Source: the human T2T-CHM13v2.0 reference genome, Homo sapiens
NCBI RefSeq assembly: GCF_009914755.1
Contig: NC_060931.1
DNA: 64,000 nt
Strand: one strand, 5' to 3'
Shown one piece after another: positions 1-15,600 of the stretch. The position numbers were made by a program, and so were the translations under genes. The notes below the pieces were generated by a model that did no database searches, had not been told where the DNA came from, and saw nothing but the letters and a program-made list of their open reading frames with translations. Position 1 is the stretch's first letter. Every line of letters begins with the position of its first letter.

Positions 1-304
1 CAAATGCTTAGAGGTCATATGCCTGATGCTATATAATTAGAAAACCAGAGATTAATACAGTGTAATGACTGGCATAACAACATAGAAAAAGACAAGTTGA
101 TTTTAAAGAGTTTGTACTTTCTCAAATGTGTCTTTCTTGACAGGTAAGCATGAGTCAGGACTGGCTAACGATAGTTATCACTGACTGGTTTTTAAGTATA
201 TTTGTTATGTATGTATATACTTAATGCATCTAAATGAAGACAGTGATCAATGTTTCTTTTGACCGTGCCTGAAACTAATATATCACCACAAATTCTCTAA
301 GTTA

Positions 305-374
305 CAGAGAACAGGAGAGGAAGAGAGACAGAGCGACAGAGAGAGAAGAGAAAAGAAAGTATAGAGGAAGAGAC
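305..374 (+). repeat. GA-rich simple repeat
   Basis: agagaacaggagaggaagagagacagagcgacagagagagaaagag... Confidence 0.7.
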
Positions 375-542
375 ACAATTTTATTACTCCATAAGAGGAG
401 TTGCAACCTGACTATAATCTTAAACTAAAACATTTAAAAAAAGGATCTGAAATCTAAATGGCCGTAATTTTCTGAAAGAACACTGTGGTGTTACACAAAG
501 ACAACCTGACAGAAATCAGAAAGTCTTTGTTTCCAATTAGTT

Positions 543-850
543 TAGTGGTCTCAAACTCAAATGCCTAAGGGGGCCAAGCAGTTAAAGCTAAAGAATACAG
601 CTGTGCAGCGGAGGAAAGGGCACTGGGGCCCCGCTTAAACAGTGCAGGGTGCTGCTACTCAGCTTTAGCTGATAGTGGTCAGGGAAATATACACCCAGTT
701 TTGCAGATCACTTCATTTTTCTTTTAGCCAGAAATTCAAACTTTTATATGAAATCAACTGTTTTTTAAAATGGTACCAACTAATTTAAAAGTGCTATGTG
801 GCTTCAGGGCTCTGGGTGTAAGAAATACATCCAGGGCCAGATGCTGTCTA
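543..850 (+). mobile_element. MER102-like hAT-Charlie DNA transposon remnant
   Basis: ctcaaactcaaatgcctaagggggccaagcag...gctactcagct...gccagaaattcaaacttttatatgaaatc resembles the MER102 consensus as I recall it. Confidence 0.6.
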
Positions 851-1207
851 GACCTTGCATGGCTACTAAGTAGCTCTGGTCCCTTTGGGACTGTTTCCTA
901 ATCGGTAAAATAATATGTCCAAGTTTCTGTTGGCACTAGATGCTTATTCTGGTCCTTTTATGTAGTACATTTCTTTACTTGTGAAAAAACGGTTTAGATA
1001 TTTTAATTTCCAGTGTTAGAATACTGAAACAATATCCAAGTCAGAAAGGATAACCTGAAAACATGGATGCAATTGAAGTTTTAGAGACTTGCTTACTAAT
1101 TCAGGAGTATGTTTTATCCACAAAAGTTTGTGTTGTTAAATATGTCACACAGAGTTAAGTAAAAAATCATCAAACCAGTAGAGACAGCAGTTTCAATTTT
1201 TGAGAGG

Positions 1208-1458
1208 CAATGCTTCCTAGTGGTCAAGAATACACACTGGAACCAGTCTGACCTTGGTTCAAAGCCCAGCTCCTCACTTACTAACTGACCTTATGCAAGT
1301 TACTTAAGGTCTGTATGCCTCAATTTCCTCATCTGTAAAAATGGGGATCACGGCTCCTATCTCATAGGGTTATTACGAAGTTTAAGTGAGTCAGTGGAAA
1401 GTGCTTAGAATGGTGGCTGACACAGAGAAAGCATTAGGAAAAAATTAGCTGTTGTTAT
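1208..1458 (+). mobile_element. MIR SINE
   Basis: Core gcaagttacttaa...gcctcaatttcctcatctgtaaaaatgggg...aaagtgcttagaa. Confidence 0.85.
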
Positions 1459-2324
1459 TTTAACTGGCGTAAAACAGCTGAGTGTTAAAAGCACAAATGA
1501 ATAGCTAAATCCAGCAAATCTCCTACACTGGTTGAGCTAGCATTTTACTGTAAAATATTTAAAAGACATTAAACCCAATCTTTATCTGATGAAGGCCCAA
1601 ATCAATGGTTTGCTAAAATCCATTTACAAGTTACTCCACTGGTAACTTGTAAATGAAGACCTAACATGCAACAATTCATAGAAATCTAACAGAGGTCAAC
1701 CCAGAAAACGGGGGTCAATGCAGTGGAACAGGGGCCATGGAAAATCAAACGGTGTGAATGCCTCATCCTTGGTTTCCACCCCCTTGTGATTAATTAACAG
1801 CCTTACTGCATCCACCCACCAGCTGTATCCTAGCTCATAGGCCTGACCCCAACTGAGGACTACAACAGTATCATGAAAACTGTGCTTCTAATTGTCCAGC
1901 GGGCGATCACGGCTTGGCTAAGAAAGGCTCTTTTCACTCCCCTCCTTTCTGATTAACTAGATGGCTTTATAAATCGCCTTAATAAGTTCATTTGTGTAAC
2001 CCAAGGCTAGCTGCCCTTCCTTCCTGCTGCTAAGAGGGCTCAGCTGCTTATCTTTGGATATGACCCATCAGAAGAGAATTGCAAAAAAACATTTTTAAAT
2101 CTGCTAAATTGACAAGCAACGCTGATCTCACGTCTCCCCTAATTTAGTCATGTTTTCCTACGTCATAAAGGAAGTCTAAGTGCAGGCAGTACACTGTGAT
2201 ACTGGCAGAAATCTTTTGTAGATTATTTTAAAACCCTTATGATTGTCTCCTAAGCAGTAAATTTGATAACTGCCAACAGGACTGTGTAAAGTAACTAAAA
2301 TTCACAGACATTTTTATCATTTCT

Positions 2325-2530
2325 AAAAGGTTTTCATATGTATTATATCATTTAGTCTTCACCAAAACTCTGCAAGATATTATTATTATTCTTCTCTTTT
2401 TACAAATGAGAGATTTAGGCTCAGAGAGCTTACGTAACTTGTATAAGATCACATTATTACTGTGAGTTAGATACCGGCTTGATTTCAGGTCTTCTAATTT
2501 TAAACTCAGGGCTCTTTCCACTATCACACA
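2325..2530 (-). mobile_element. MIR SINE
   Basis: ttttacaaatgagagatttaggctcagagag...taacttg...atcaca (reverse core). Confidence 0.75.
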
Positions 2531-2822
2531 TGTGCTGATTAATTCACCTATTGTCTTTTAGCCCACACCTGTTCCTCTATACCTTATACTACTGGAGCCA
2601 GGAGTTTGCACCCTAAATTTCTCATACTCTTACTAGTTGTCTTTCCCTTGGGTTCTGCTAATTGGAGGTACTGGTGAGCAATAAGAAAGCAGGATAAAGA
2701 CAAAAGATTCTTGGTTCTGAATCTTAAAATGAGGCAGTTGATGGCAATTGCTGTAGGAGCAGTAGGGTTGATGTGATTTTGGGCTCCAGCAGCCCAGGAA
2801 AAGCCAGCACTTTCTTTACTGG

Positions 2823-2849
2823 TTTTTTTTTTTTTTTTTTTTTTTTTTT
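2823..2849 (+). repeat. Poly(T) tract
   Basis: 27 consecutive T. Confidence 0.9.
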
Positions 2850-3949
2850 CCTTTTTTGAGACAGCAGCTCTTGAGTGAACTCACAGTCAAACTCAAGTGT
2901 CACCAACCCACTTGGACTTTCAGGAACAAGCTCATGGGCTCCTGCCCAGAAGGGCTAACTGCTTCGAATCTGGGGATCACCTCTTCTTCCTTTATGTTCC
3001 TCCAACACCCCTCTTTCTCCCTGTTGCAGTTCCAGCTTTTCCAGTATATTTCCTTGTTCAAAATTCCTAAAGTGGCTTCCATTTTCCTGCTGAATGTTGC
3101 TTTGCACCCAGATGGAAGTCAAGGATATTAAAAGGGATATAAAGCAAATGACACTGTCCCTGCCTTGAAGGAATGTGTAATTTTCTAGATGATAGAACGA
3201 ATGCATTTGAACCAAGAATAAACAAAATAGACATATCCAAGGGCTTAGGTAAATTGTACACAGACTACTTGTGCAATGGGAAGGAAAATGGGCACTTCAT
3301 CACAAACTCTATTTGTGTGCTGTGAGGAGAGGGACTTGCATTTATGTTTTGCCTTTGGCATGCAGTCTAGTCTGTTCTCAGTGGATCCAGAAGCAGCCCC
3401 TTGTCTAGCTCACCCTTACGGTCTTCCGAATCACTTCCCCTTTTTTGGACATGCTTAGTTTATACTTCCTGCCCCGCAGCCATCTCTGGTGCCAAGTTGT
3501 CTGCCCCATTCTTGTTCAGTTTCCTGTTCATTAACTTCTGGCTCATTATTACATTAGTATCCCTAAAGTCCACATTTGCATCACCACACATGAAAAACGT
3601 TTTGTCTATAGCAAAAAGGGGCACAGTGATGACATATATGATTTGGTACAGAACTACTAATAACAACAGGGGTTAAGAATGGGTGAAAAAGTGATTAAAT
3701 GATGAAGAGATTGTCAAGTATTTTGCAGCCCTCATTAAATCTGTTGATTTTGTATTTTTCCCCTAAAATGGAAGAATTCTGTGTCATTTGGGATTAAGTT
3801 TTATTTAATTTTAAAATGACAACTACTCTTTACAGAGGGCTCGCTCTGTACTAGGCACTTTTCATATGTTAACTTTTTTACACCTCTCTAAAATCAAATG
3901 TTCTATAGATGAGTAAAGTGGGGTCTACAGCAGCTAAGTTACTTCTCCA

Positions 3950-4305
3950 TTCTCTTAGTCTATTCAGGCTGTTATAACAAAGTACCATAAACAGGGTAAC
4001 ATAACAGAAATTTACTTGTCACAATTCTGGAGGCTGGGAAATCAAAGGCCAAGGTGCTGGCAGATTCCATGTCTGATGAAGACCTACTTTTTGGTTCACA
4101 GATAATTTCTTGCTATGTCCACCCACAGTAGAATAGGGCAAGACAGCTCCCCGGGGCCTCTTCCTAAAGGCACTAATCCCATCCAATAGGGCTTAACCTC
4201 ATGACTTAATCAACTTTCAAAGACACCACATCCTAATGCCATCACATCAGAGATTTAGGCTTCAACATATGAATTTTGGGGGGACACAAACATTCACCTC
4301 ATAGC
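3950..4305 (-). mobile_element. MaLR solo LTR (MLT1A/MST-type)
   Basis: tcttagtctattcaggctgttataacaaagtacca...ttctggaggctgggaa...caacatatgaattttggggggacacaaacattca...tagca. Confidence 0.85.
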
Positions 4306-6164
4306 ATTCATTGTTTCTTGTTATTGGCAAAGCCAAGACTCACATTGTCTAAGTTATTTGACTTTTGAGTCCGCAGATGTGAAAACAGTGCTAAACAGTC
4401 CATCTTCATGAGTGGAGAACAGCATTTGTGACAACCACCAAAGTACCTCTGTGGTCAGTGTCCTCAACCAGGGCACAGCATCATGGACCAGAGCCTCTGC
4501 AGGGCACAGAGGAGTGGTGAGGAACAGGGGCTCTGGAGCAACCCCACTTCCCTCTGCTTTGTATATGGGGGGTTCTGCACATGACTGCATTTGAAAAGGG
4601 CTTCACTGCGCTTGCTGAAGGAGTGCACTTGAGCTAGCGGAGAGTTCCCAGAGGGTGTCTGGAAGAAGCAAAGGCTATTCTTTGTTTCACTCAGTTATAG
4701 ATGGAAGTCAGACACTTCTGCCTGAAGTACTTTCACACACTCCACAGTCTTAAGAAGGATGGAGAAAGCATGCCAACTACTCAGAGAACCACAGGTGTTC
4801 AAGCAATGGTATCCTTTTATCCCTACAACTAGTGGACAAAGTGGGGCCTCTGTAATTGTGAAGCTAGGAAAACTTCTCTGTGGTCTCTTCCAATCGTGCA
4901 CATTTTCTTACACAGGTACTGGCCTTTACCCCTCTCCTCAGCTATTAATATCCTAATATCTTTGCCTAGAAAGAACTGAAGTAGAGCCACTAAAGTATTA
5001 CTTATGGATGAAACCTCAGAGGTTTCATTTCAGCAAGGATCAGAGCAGAAAGTCCCTGGCACATGGAAGAATATACAGGTGACTCAGAGCGCTAATGCCA
5101 TGTCTGATATGTGACTGAAGCAGTAGCAACTCAATAAATATAGAACTGAATTAAGGAAACCAAGCCTAGGAGGAGAAGTTCAGGCATTAGCCAGCAGGTC
5201 AGGATGGTTTTTGGAGGGAGGGGGATTGTAGGGGGTCTTCATACCCTGATATCAAATATGAATGCAGGGTCTGGATCAGGTCTTGAGAATAGATATTTTT
5301 TACTGTATGAATAAGAAACATGTTGGCTTTAATGTTAGTACTACAAAACACAGACCCTGTAATTAGAAGGCCATTAGGAACATTGTTCTTATTCATATGA
5401 TCTCTTGTGCTTTTACAACTGGCAAATTAAATTAATTATTAAAAGAAAAATCTCTAAGAAACAAATAACGAGAATCCTTCTCCCCAAATAATCCGTTTCC
5501 CTATACCATTACAGAAAATGATGTCACTTTGACAGAATTATTAATGTTATTTACATCCTGAGCAATGCATTCTTTTAACCCGAAAGAGGGTACTAGGCAA
5601 AAAAATTAATTTCTTTGAGAACAAGCATTTTTACTTAAAATATATGTGGCTGTGTCGATTAAGAGCCTCCTCTGTGTCAGTGCCAGGCATTAGTCACAAG
5701 CCAAAGGCCCAATCAGTCTTTGTAAACTTATGATCGGCTTTCAACCCCACAAAGCCTGTGTTTGTCAGTAGGATACTTGCTTCTCCAACTACTGGTTAAA
5801 GGATCAGTGACATACTTCAAAGATTTTGAGAACAGTTTCTGTTCTTTTTGAAGAGTATTTATTCTCTCAAAAACAAATGCTAGATTTGTTCATTTGGTCC
5901 AAAAAATGAGAGGAACATTTCTTTTGATTGTTTTCCAACTCTACCTCCGCATTTTAACAATGGAAAGCCACAATACCCTTTCCTCCTGCTAGCAGAATTT
6001 GTGAGTAAGCTGAGTTCCAAAAAAATGCCATTTCTAAAGCTTTAGAAATCAGGGTGTCACAGAAAATTAAAGCAGCATTTAATTAGCTAACAACATTATC
6101 TGACAAAGGGATGAAACTTTCATTATCTGACAAAGAGCTGAAACTTTAATGTTTCATAAGTCAT

Positions 6165-6660
6165 CATTCATTCATTCATTTGTTCATTGAGCAAATTAAG
6201 TACCTATTACATGCCAGGCAGTGTTCTTGGTGCTGGGATACATTCATGAACACAATAGTCCAAAGTTTCTGTCCTCACAAACCTTACATTCTAAAGGGAG
6301 GGAAACATAAAAAAAACAACAACTGCAAATTATATAGTTTCTTAGGTGGTATTACAGAGAAAAAAAATAAAACAAAGGAAGGGGTACAGGGGTTCCAACG
6401 TGTCAATGTGTGTGTGTGCATGCGCATGTATGTGTGTGTATATGCACATGCGTAATATACTTTCTTGCCACAGGTTCAGGAAATAACTCACCAGAAAATG
6501 ATATCTGAGCAAAGACCTAAAGAAGAAGCAGCGAGCTATGGGGATATGTGCAGGAAGAGTATTCCAGACAGAGGGAGCCTCGGTGAAAGACCCTGTGGTG
6601 GGAGCATCCTGGCTTGCTCATGGGGCATCAAGGAGGCCAGTCCACCTGCAGCAGAGTCAG
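6165..6660 (-). mobile_element. L2 LINE 3' fragment with an embedded (TG/CA)-rich tract
   Basis: cattcattcattcatt...tacctattacatgccaggcagtgttc...tctgagcaaagacctaaag...attccagacagaggg. Confidence 0.75.
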
Positions 6661-6992
6661 GACAGGGCTTTGGCTTTGTACAAGCTTAATTAAGACAAAG
6701 AAACAGTAAAACACCCAGAATAAAACACTTTATAATCTGGAGATCATTAATAAAACTAAATACGGATTTAAATAAAATCCACGTTGCAAAGCTATACTTT
6801 ATTACCAATAATCATATTAAAAGAAACAAGTACATATTTAACATGATCATTGTCTAGAAGGCATTACTGAAATTATTATAATCTAAGCAGGTGGGGGATA
6901 TATGAGGAGATAGTTTTAGGGTGTGACAATGTAAGGGGCTCACAGGACAGGACTCCTCTATCCAAAACAACCCCCTCCCCGCCAAAAAAACC

Positions 6993-8023
<1,031 letters not shown>

Positions 8024-8462
8024 TCATTACCACGATTTCTATTACTGTGGACAAAGGTCAGACCTGTGAGCAAACCACAATGACACTACAGTCCAAGAAT
8101 TTTTTTTCAGATAGAATCAGTCATATAAAAGATAAGAATACCCAATGTAATAGCAGGCAAGCATTCCTAACCATATTATATTGTTTGGTCTGGAATTTGT
8201 TTTTCTCTTTCTGTTGCACCTATTTATTCTCTGCAATGCACACAAACATGGAATAGATATTTAGAGCCACATGTGCAGTGCAACAACCTTGACAGTCTTT
8301 AGATTTATTATTTGATGTGAACGGGCAGCCGGGTAATAACTTTGACTTCCATATGAGACCTTATTTGTCATGTACATACAGCACATTGACCAGAAGTCTC
8401 AAGGCCAAGTGCAGCTCTTGTGAACTAATTAAGCATTCTGGTGGGCACATTTTGTGTCCAAG

Positions 8463-8695
8463 CAGCGATGTGGTGGTGAAGTACATGAACTCTGGAATTA
8501 GACTGCCTTGGTTTGAAGCCCTGCTCTACGGTTTACTAGCTCTGTGTCCCTGAGTGATGTAATTAACACTGTACCTCGATGTCTTCATCTATAAAATGAG
8601 TATAAATAACAAGTTACTGTGAGGATGAGATAAAACATGTGCAGTACTTAGAACATGTCTAGCACATGGTAAGCCTCAATAAATGGTGACTGCTT
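8463..8695 (+). mobile_element. MIR SINE
   Basis: gtggtgaagtacatgaactctggaattagactgcc...ttcatctataaaatgag...agcacatggtaagcctcaataaatg. Confidence 0.8.
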
Positions 8696-8807
8696 TTACT
8701 ACAGTAGAACATATGGTTTTCACAACAGGTATCACTAGGAATATCTAAGCCTCCTGTTAAGATATTACTGCCTACATACAAATGTAATCCTTCCCCAAAT
8801 TTCTGTT

Positions 8808-8810
<3 letters not shown>

Positions 8811-8840
<30 letters not shown>
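8811..8840 (+). repeat. Poly(T) tract
   Basis: About 30 consecutive T. Confidence 0.9.
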
Positions 8841-8845
<5 letters not shown>

Positions 8846-11537
8846 AGAGCAAGAGAAGAGAGACAAAGCCCTGATATTGAAAAAACACTGCTTAGGGCAT
8901 ATTTGATTATTCGCAATTGTTATTGTAATACTATGCTAATTTTACCTTATTAAATATTGAAGAAGGCCATCACCATTGGGAAGAAGTTAAAATATATTAT
9001 ATAAAATTAAACTAATTTATCTTTATGCAATAAAATGTTAGAGGATACCAGATGCTATTTTTATAATAAACATCTATTTTCTAAAAAGGTCATTATGTCA
9101 TGCATACACAAACAAACAGAGAAGCAAAAGAGAAATGCATCCCTGGGTAAGTTGAGATCCTTCTAGAAAACATTTTGCCTCCATGTTGTGTTAAACTAGG
9201 GACACCATTGAAAAGACTAAGTCAAATTTCCAAAGAAAAATGTCACATGTCTATCCTGTTGAGGCACATAGGCTAGGTGGAAGTGTAAGGTAATGATAAA
9301 GGCATCAGGCAAAATTTGTATCAGATCTGGCTTTGCAACCTGGAATTTCTCCATTTTTTTTCTAATTTATTGTGACATTAAAATTATGGTGCTCATCTGG
9401 GGGCAGTAAAATATTTTATGACTTAAGAGAAACTCAATCTTAGAAAAGATTATTTTTAAATTCAAATTTTTGATTAAAATATCATACTCAATACAACTCA
9501 ATAACAGAAAGCTTTTTAAAAAAATTACGTTTTTTTAAAGCTTTTCTTAAAAAATTATGTTTTATTTTACGTTTTATTCAGGAAATAGAATTACATTTCA
9601 TTGAATCAAATTTTTGTTAAAAATAGTTCTTTAAAAAAATAAAACAGCAAACTACACAACATTCTCTATATTCTATAAATAGAAGTAAAACACTCCATTA
9701 TAAGGAAGACCATTATGTAATACCAAAAAACAAAGAATAATTTTGATAATAAAATGAATTTAAATTGTAATGAATTCTCTAACATAATCTGCAAATAATT
9801 CTATATAATTTGAACAATTTTAAAATACTGTTATTGCATATCTGAACAAAGATTTCCCATTCCTTTTACCAGGAAAAGAGTTAAGGACAGACGATTAATG
9901 TAATTTCATTACAGATGCCAAAGTGTGTTATCTGCCAGTCAGATTCAGAACAATGGCAAGCAAAATGTGGAAATGTTCTTTTCCACAGACAACATTTACA
10001 GAAATTAAAATAAGTATTAAGTGGTTTTCCAGAAAATAGGTTCCATGACCTACACAGATTTCTAGGACAACAGCAACTAATGAAGAATTGGTACCAGGCA
10101 CCTGGGAAGTCATTAGCACCAACAAGGCGTGACCGGTATGAGCTACAGAAGAAAACAGGCAGGGTGCCCCCATGACACCAACTGCATGACCTCTGACCAT
10201 CCCATCTCATGTTTCTGGGAAAAATTTTTAAAGTGCCAACTCAGGTGTTTCAGATTTTTTTTCTTTTGCTTATCCTATGGACATGAGAAGTAGAAGGGAA
10301 ATTAGATAATTTTGCTATTTTTGAAAAAAATATGGCTCTTTTCCATTTGATTGAATGGAAGATGAATGGATAGTGGTATGGGTTTTGATTAAAAAATATC
10401 TAGGGGCTCAAAATGAAAAATTTATGAATATGAATTATTTGGGCATTTAAAAGTATGATTTGGTGCATTCATTATGGTGAATTTGTGTATAAGTACATAC
10501 GAATTCCCTCTGAGGCCAATACATCACTTTAGGACACTATTTCTGAGACTTGCGACTCAGCTTTGTACATGCTCTAGGGTTAAATGCCTTTCATCATAAT
10601 AAATATGAAATAATTATTAAGATGAAAATGTTTCACAGAAATATCACCTTAAACATGTGGCCTGTGTCTAACTGATCACCCTTTCTAAATAGTGACCAAA
10701 GTACAAAAAAAAAAACCCACAACAAATCAACAACAGAAACAATGCAGCTCTTTCCCCTTATATTTCACTCAAATTTGTCTGCTTAGTAATAATGACATAT
10801 TGTTCCGTGTTATTGCTTCAAAAAATGTTTCCAGTGACCCTTGGGAATGCTATGTACTGTTTTCCTTCATTTTTGCTCTTGGCAAAATTTTCTTCATTCA
10901 GATCACTCTTTGAGAAAATAATTTCAGTCTGAATTGTGCACATTCTAGGTCCCTCAGTTAATATAAGTTTTTGACCTTTTGGTTTCTACAGCTAGTTCTC
11001 TTGGAGATGACTGATGGCATGAATTCTACTTGCATGGAGTCCCCGAGAAACCACTCCTCTTCTTCAAAAAAGTACACTAAATCTCAGGACAAACTGGGAT
11101 GACCAGTTATCACTGCTGCCAACCCTGTTTTGTGAATTCCATTTAAGATGTCCAACTGAGAACAAATTATGTCTCAAATAAGATTGTATTCACATAATGA
11201 TGGAACTAAAGTTCTTGGTAAATTTAAACAAAGTGACAGAAGGCAAGGAGCTACTGTCCTCCTCAAGGGGCAACCTGCTTGACTCCCAGCATCTCTGCCT
11301 ACCATTCCCATGGCCTCACCTGTAGTTTTGGGATCTCAGTACAAATATATCTAGCAAAGCAATAATTTCCTAACTGCTTTTCTCATCTTCTATGTCCTTT
11401 CACCAAACTTTCCTAAAATATAGATGCCAAATTAGCCTTCTCAAAACAACACTGGGCATATATCACTTCTCACTCAAGAACTTAATGAGTTCATAACTGA
11501 ATATAATTCAAACTCAGTATAGTATATTCACAATTAG

Positions 11538-11911
<374 letters not shown>

Positions 11912-11989
11912 TGTTCAGGTACATTTTCTACTCTGGTCAGTATCACCATCATCTGTCCAGTCTCTAATGGCAGAGATCAGGCCTTGCTC

Positions 11990-12680
11990 TTCCTCATTCT
12001 TCATTCTCAGTTGGCAAATATACTATGTACCGTCTCCTCTTCAGCCCCTCTGCTAGGACAGTGGCCCAAGCTCTATTGCTTCTTATCATCTCTAGCCTCC
12101 TACTGGTTTCCAGCTTCTGATTTCACCAGTACTCCAATCTATTCTACATATAGCTGCTGGGGTGTCTGTTCTGAACTCAGCTCTGACCACGTGACTCCTG
12201 TACTCAAAATCTGTAAATGGAATCCCATAATCTATCCCAAATTCCTGGCCACAGATGACCTCTCCAACCTGTCTTCACAGCACCTCCAACTTCTCCACCT
12301 TCAATCATATACCAAGGCACTTGGAGTGTATCTACTACATGGCTTCATGTAGGATCTAGTTGGCCTCGGCTCTCCCAGAGCCTGGAATGTCCTTCTCCAT
12401 GTCTGCCTGGGGGATGTCCACCCATGTTTCATGTTCTTTCTCAAGGATTTTCCTGATGCCACCATGCAGAGTTGCTACATTTACCTTTATATCACTATTA
12501 CACCTTTACATGTATATGTACACAATACAGATACATAATATATATGTATATTTTCATATTTTTGTACTAATTACACCACATTGCAATTACTGTGCTGTAT
12601 ACACTCCATGTACAGCTTACTTGCTACTGTTTAGGAATATCTGAAGCACAGTAGCTCACTTATGAATGAATGTATAAATG
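11990..12680 (+). mobile_element. L2 LINE fragments
   Basis: agcctcctactggtttccagcttc...tctgaccacgtgactcctgtactcaaaa...gcctggaatgtccttc...gaatgaatg; highly diverged. Confidence 0.55.
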
Positions 12681-15600
12681 ATCATTCATTCATGAAGAAA
12701 GGAGGGAAGAAGTGAACACCTCTCCAAAATTACTTTCAATCATTTCTTAGGTCTACTTGCTGCTTTAAACAGGTTTACTTGTTTTCTCTTTTACTATTCA
12801 AATACCATGCTTATCTCCCTCCCCACTCAAGACATTGTGATTTTCCCCACTGTAATTTCTACTCTTTTTAATTTTTCTAAACTACTTTTAGAATAATTCT
12901 TCCTTAATGATCAGTTAAAGTCCAAACCAGTCATAAACCTTGGTTAGTCTCCCAGTACCTACTGGTCACCACTCTTTTGAACTCCTAGAGCACTTTTGGC
13001 CTCTACAACACATTTAACCATCAATAATGCTATTCCATGCTTTTTTTTTTTTGATGTACATATGTGTGTATATGAACAGTCAATTTATACATATACATCT
13101 GAATGAGTGTGATTCCCTGAAGAGCAAGAGCTGTATCTGGCTCTTTTTGCATTTTATCACCTCTCTCAGTTCCCTATTTATAACAAGCAATAGATAATGT
13201 TTATTAATAAAGATGGCCACCAGACAGGCATTACATGTAGATTCCATAAATTAGTATCTTATTTGTACCAATGAGACCCAAATGACTTCAGAATAAACTG
13301 TGATTTATTATCAATAAAATGTTGAGGTTCTAGGTTCAACTATAAACAATGTTCCCAGCACTCATTCAATGATTACTGAACATGCTTCTTATGGGGAACC
13401 ACATTTGACTCATAACTGAGGGAAATCTGTTTTATAAAAGAAAGGCTTTCCATTATGTACTCTTTGTAACAAGGGTCTTTCCATACCCTAGATATTGGCT
13501 CACTTACTGGATCAAGGCAGCTACATTACAAAAAAGAAAATAATTTGGACAGAATCAAGAAGTCTATTATAATGTAGGTATTTGAAATCTACCTCCTTGC
13601 TGAACTTGGAGATTGATCTACAGAAGAAAAATCTTAGCATCTAAAGGTCTGTTTTCAGGAAAATAAAAATGTCTATCAATCTACCATAAACCTGTCTGGG
13701 TTATCAACAACCATCAATGAGAAGACCCAGGGGAAAATTTAGGGTATGTTTTCCTTAGGGATGACTTCTGGTTTGGGTAGAATATATTTATTTTTCCTAC
13801 TCCTCTATGGCAAGAAAGTTTTTCAGATACCTTTAAAAATATATCCCAGTCAAATAACTTATTATTTGGCAAATCAAATCGATTTGAAGACTGTTTTTGC
13901 ATTAAAGAATATCTATAGTTGGATTCTCAGTAAGAGAGAAATGTTACATAATAAAGAAATATTTTATAGGACACTTGGAACGTAGATATATTTTCCAGGT
14001 CATTTGAATCATTTAAATATGGTACTTTTGTCTAGTCATATTTGTCAAGATCCTTCTCAGTTTTTTGTTTTTTTGTTTTTTGTTTTTTGCCCCAGGGAAC
14101 GAAGCCATTTAGGAAACTACATTAACTGCATCTTCTCTGTGCTTTTTGACAAAAGTAAATAAATAGAAATGTGCAGAAGCCATTTCCCCTGTGCTTCTTC
14201 TCCGTGTTGGACTGTCCTCTGCCTTCCATTCTCTCCTTTCATAACCTGTTCCTCCTATGGCCTTTCCTTCCCCAAGCTAACAGCTTCTGTCAGCAGCTTT
14301 ATTCAGTACAGTATCAAAAGCTTTGCAGAAAACCAGATTAATTGTGCTCACTGCTTCTCTTTGTTTACCCCTTCAATTCTTGCAGAATTCAAGGCAAACC
14401 AAGAAAATGCATATCTAATTATACATGTATACTCCCTCTTAGATACCTTTTTGGTGCATTTTGCTTTTAAATAGATCGTATAATTAAAAGTTATCTGAAA
14501 ACTAATACATTTCAAATAAGATTAGTGTTTCCAAATATAGCTTCCAAATCTAACATGTATTAAAATGATTTAAACACATATTCTGTGTACCGCAAGTTCC
14601 AAAAGAGAAGTTTATGTATGCAAATGCAAAAGAAATAATTCAATATTTTCCATTTTCCACAAATACTCTCTGTGAGACAGATATAAACAACCATTTAAAA
14701 TAATAGTGAATTTTGGGGTTAATTATTATTACTGAAATAACAGAAGTTATGTATTCTGTGAACCTCAAAGCAGACCTTTGAATAGTCTTGTCACTAATAT
14801 GTGTTAAAAGAATAAAGAATCCTCATTGAAGTCTTATTCTTAAAAATATCAAAATGCCATCCTTCACCATTAATTTCATGCCAAGATTTAAGAGCAATAA
14901 ATATTGTAGACTTTACCACTTCTTTATATAATGGCTTCATACGATAATTTTTTATTATATAAAAATTCCCTCTTATTCAAGATGAATTTGTTTGCTTTGC
15001 TTTTACCAATGTTAAAGGTAATTTTTCTGAATAGCACGGATGGTTTCCTCTGTTAAAATACTATAGTGTGAGCCTCAAGGCACAGCAGGCAATGCCATCA
15101 CCCCAGCACCACTGGGCCATTTCTTCTATGGCTGAACCTTCTCACATCATTTTAAAACATGGCTTTCTAATCCTTTTGGTCTTCTTGCTGAGAATTAAAA
15201 GGTTAGAAAGTTTTTAAAGTAGTAGTAGAAGTCTTATGTCTCAAATTACAAGTTACAAATTACAAAAACCTCCCACTTATCTTTTTCAAACCATTAGTTA
15301 GGTAGAACCACATCAAGGTAAGTCTTTCTGGAAACATGCTACGAAACAAACATGTTATTTAATGAGAATTCAGAATACAGCAGGAGAAGTCACAACCTGG
15401 AATGAAGCAGAGTGGAAACAGAATTACCCTGTCTGGCCTGAAAGGAGTGGGTTTCCAAGTGAGACTCCAAGTGTACCAAGTGTCTAATGGGCAATCCATT
15501 TACACATCTCTTCCCATATTATTCAAGTGCAAACTGTACTCCATAAGTATTTTCAGTTTTATTTCTTTACAAAACTTTTGAAAAGAATAAAAATAAATCC

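Noticed and set aside
4472-4497. REST/NRSE-like cagcatcatggaccagagcc
   Set aside because: It has a mismatch in the left half and an extra base that breaks the GGACAG core.
9400-9860. Very AT-rich segment with imperfect local repeats
   Set aside because: Low complexity; I cannot distinguish a decayed repeat or matrix-attachment region from background.
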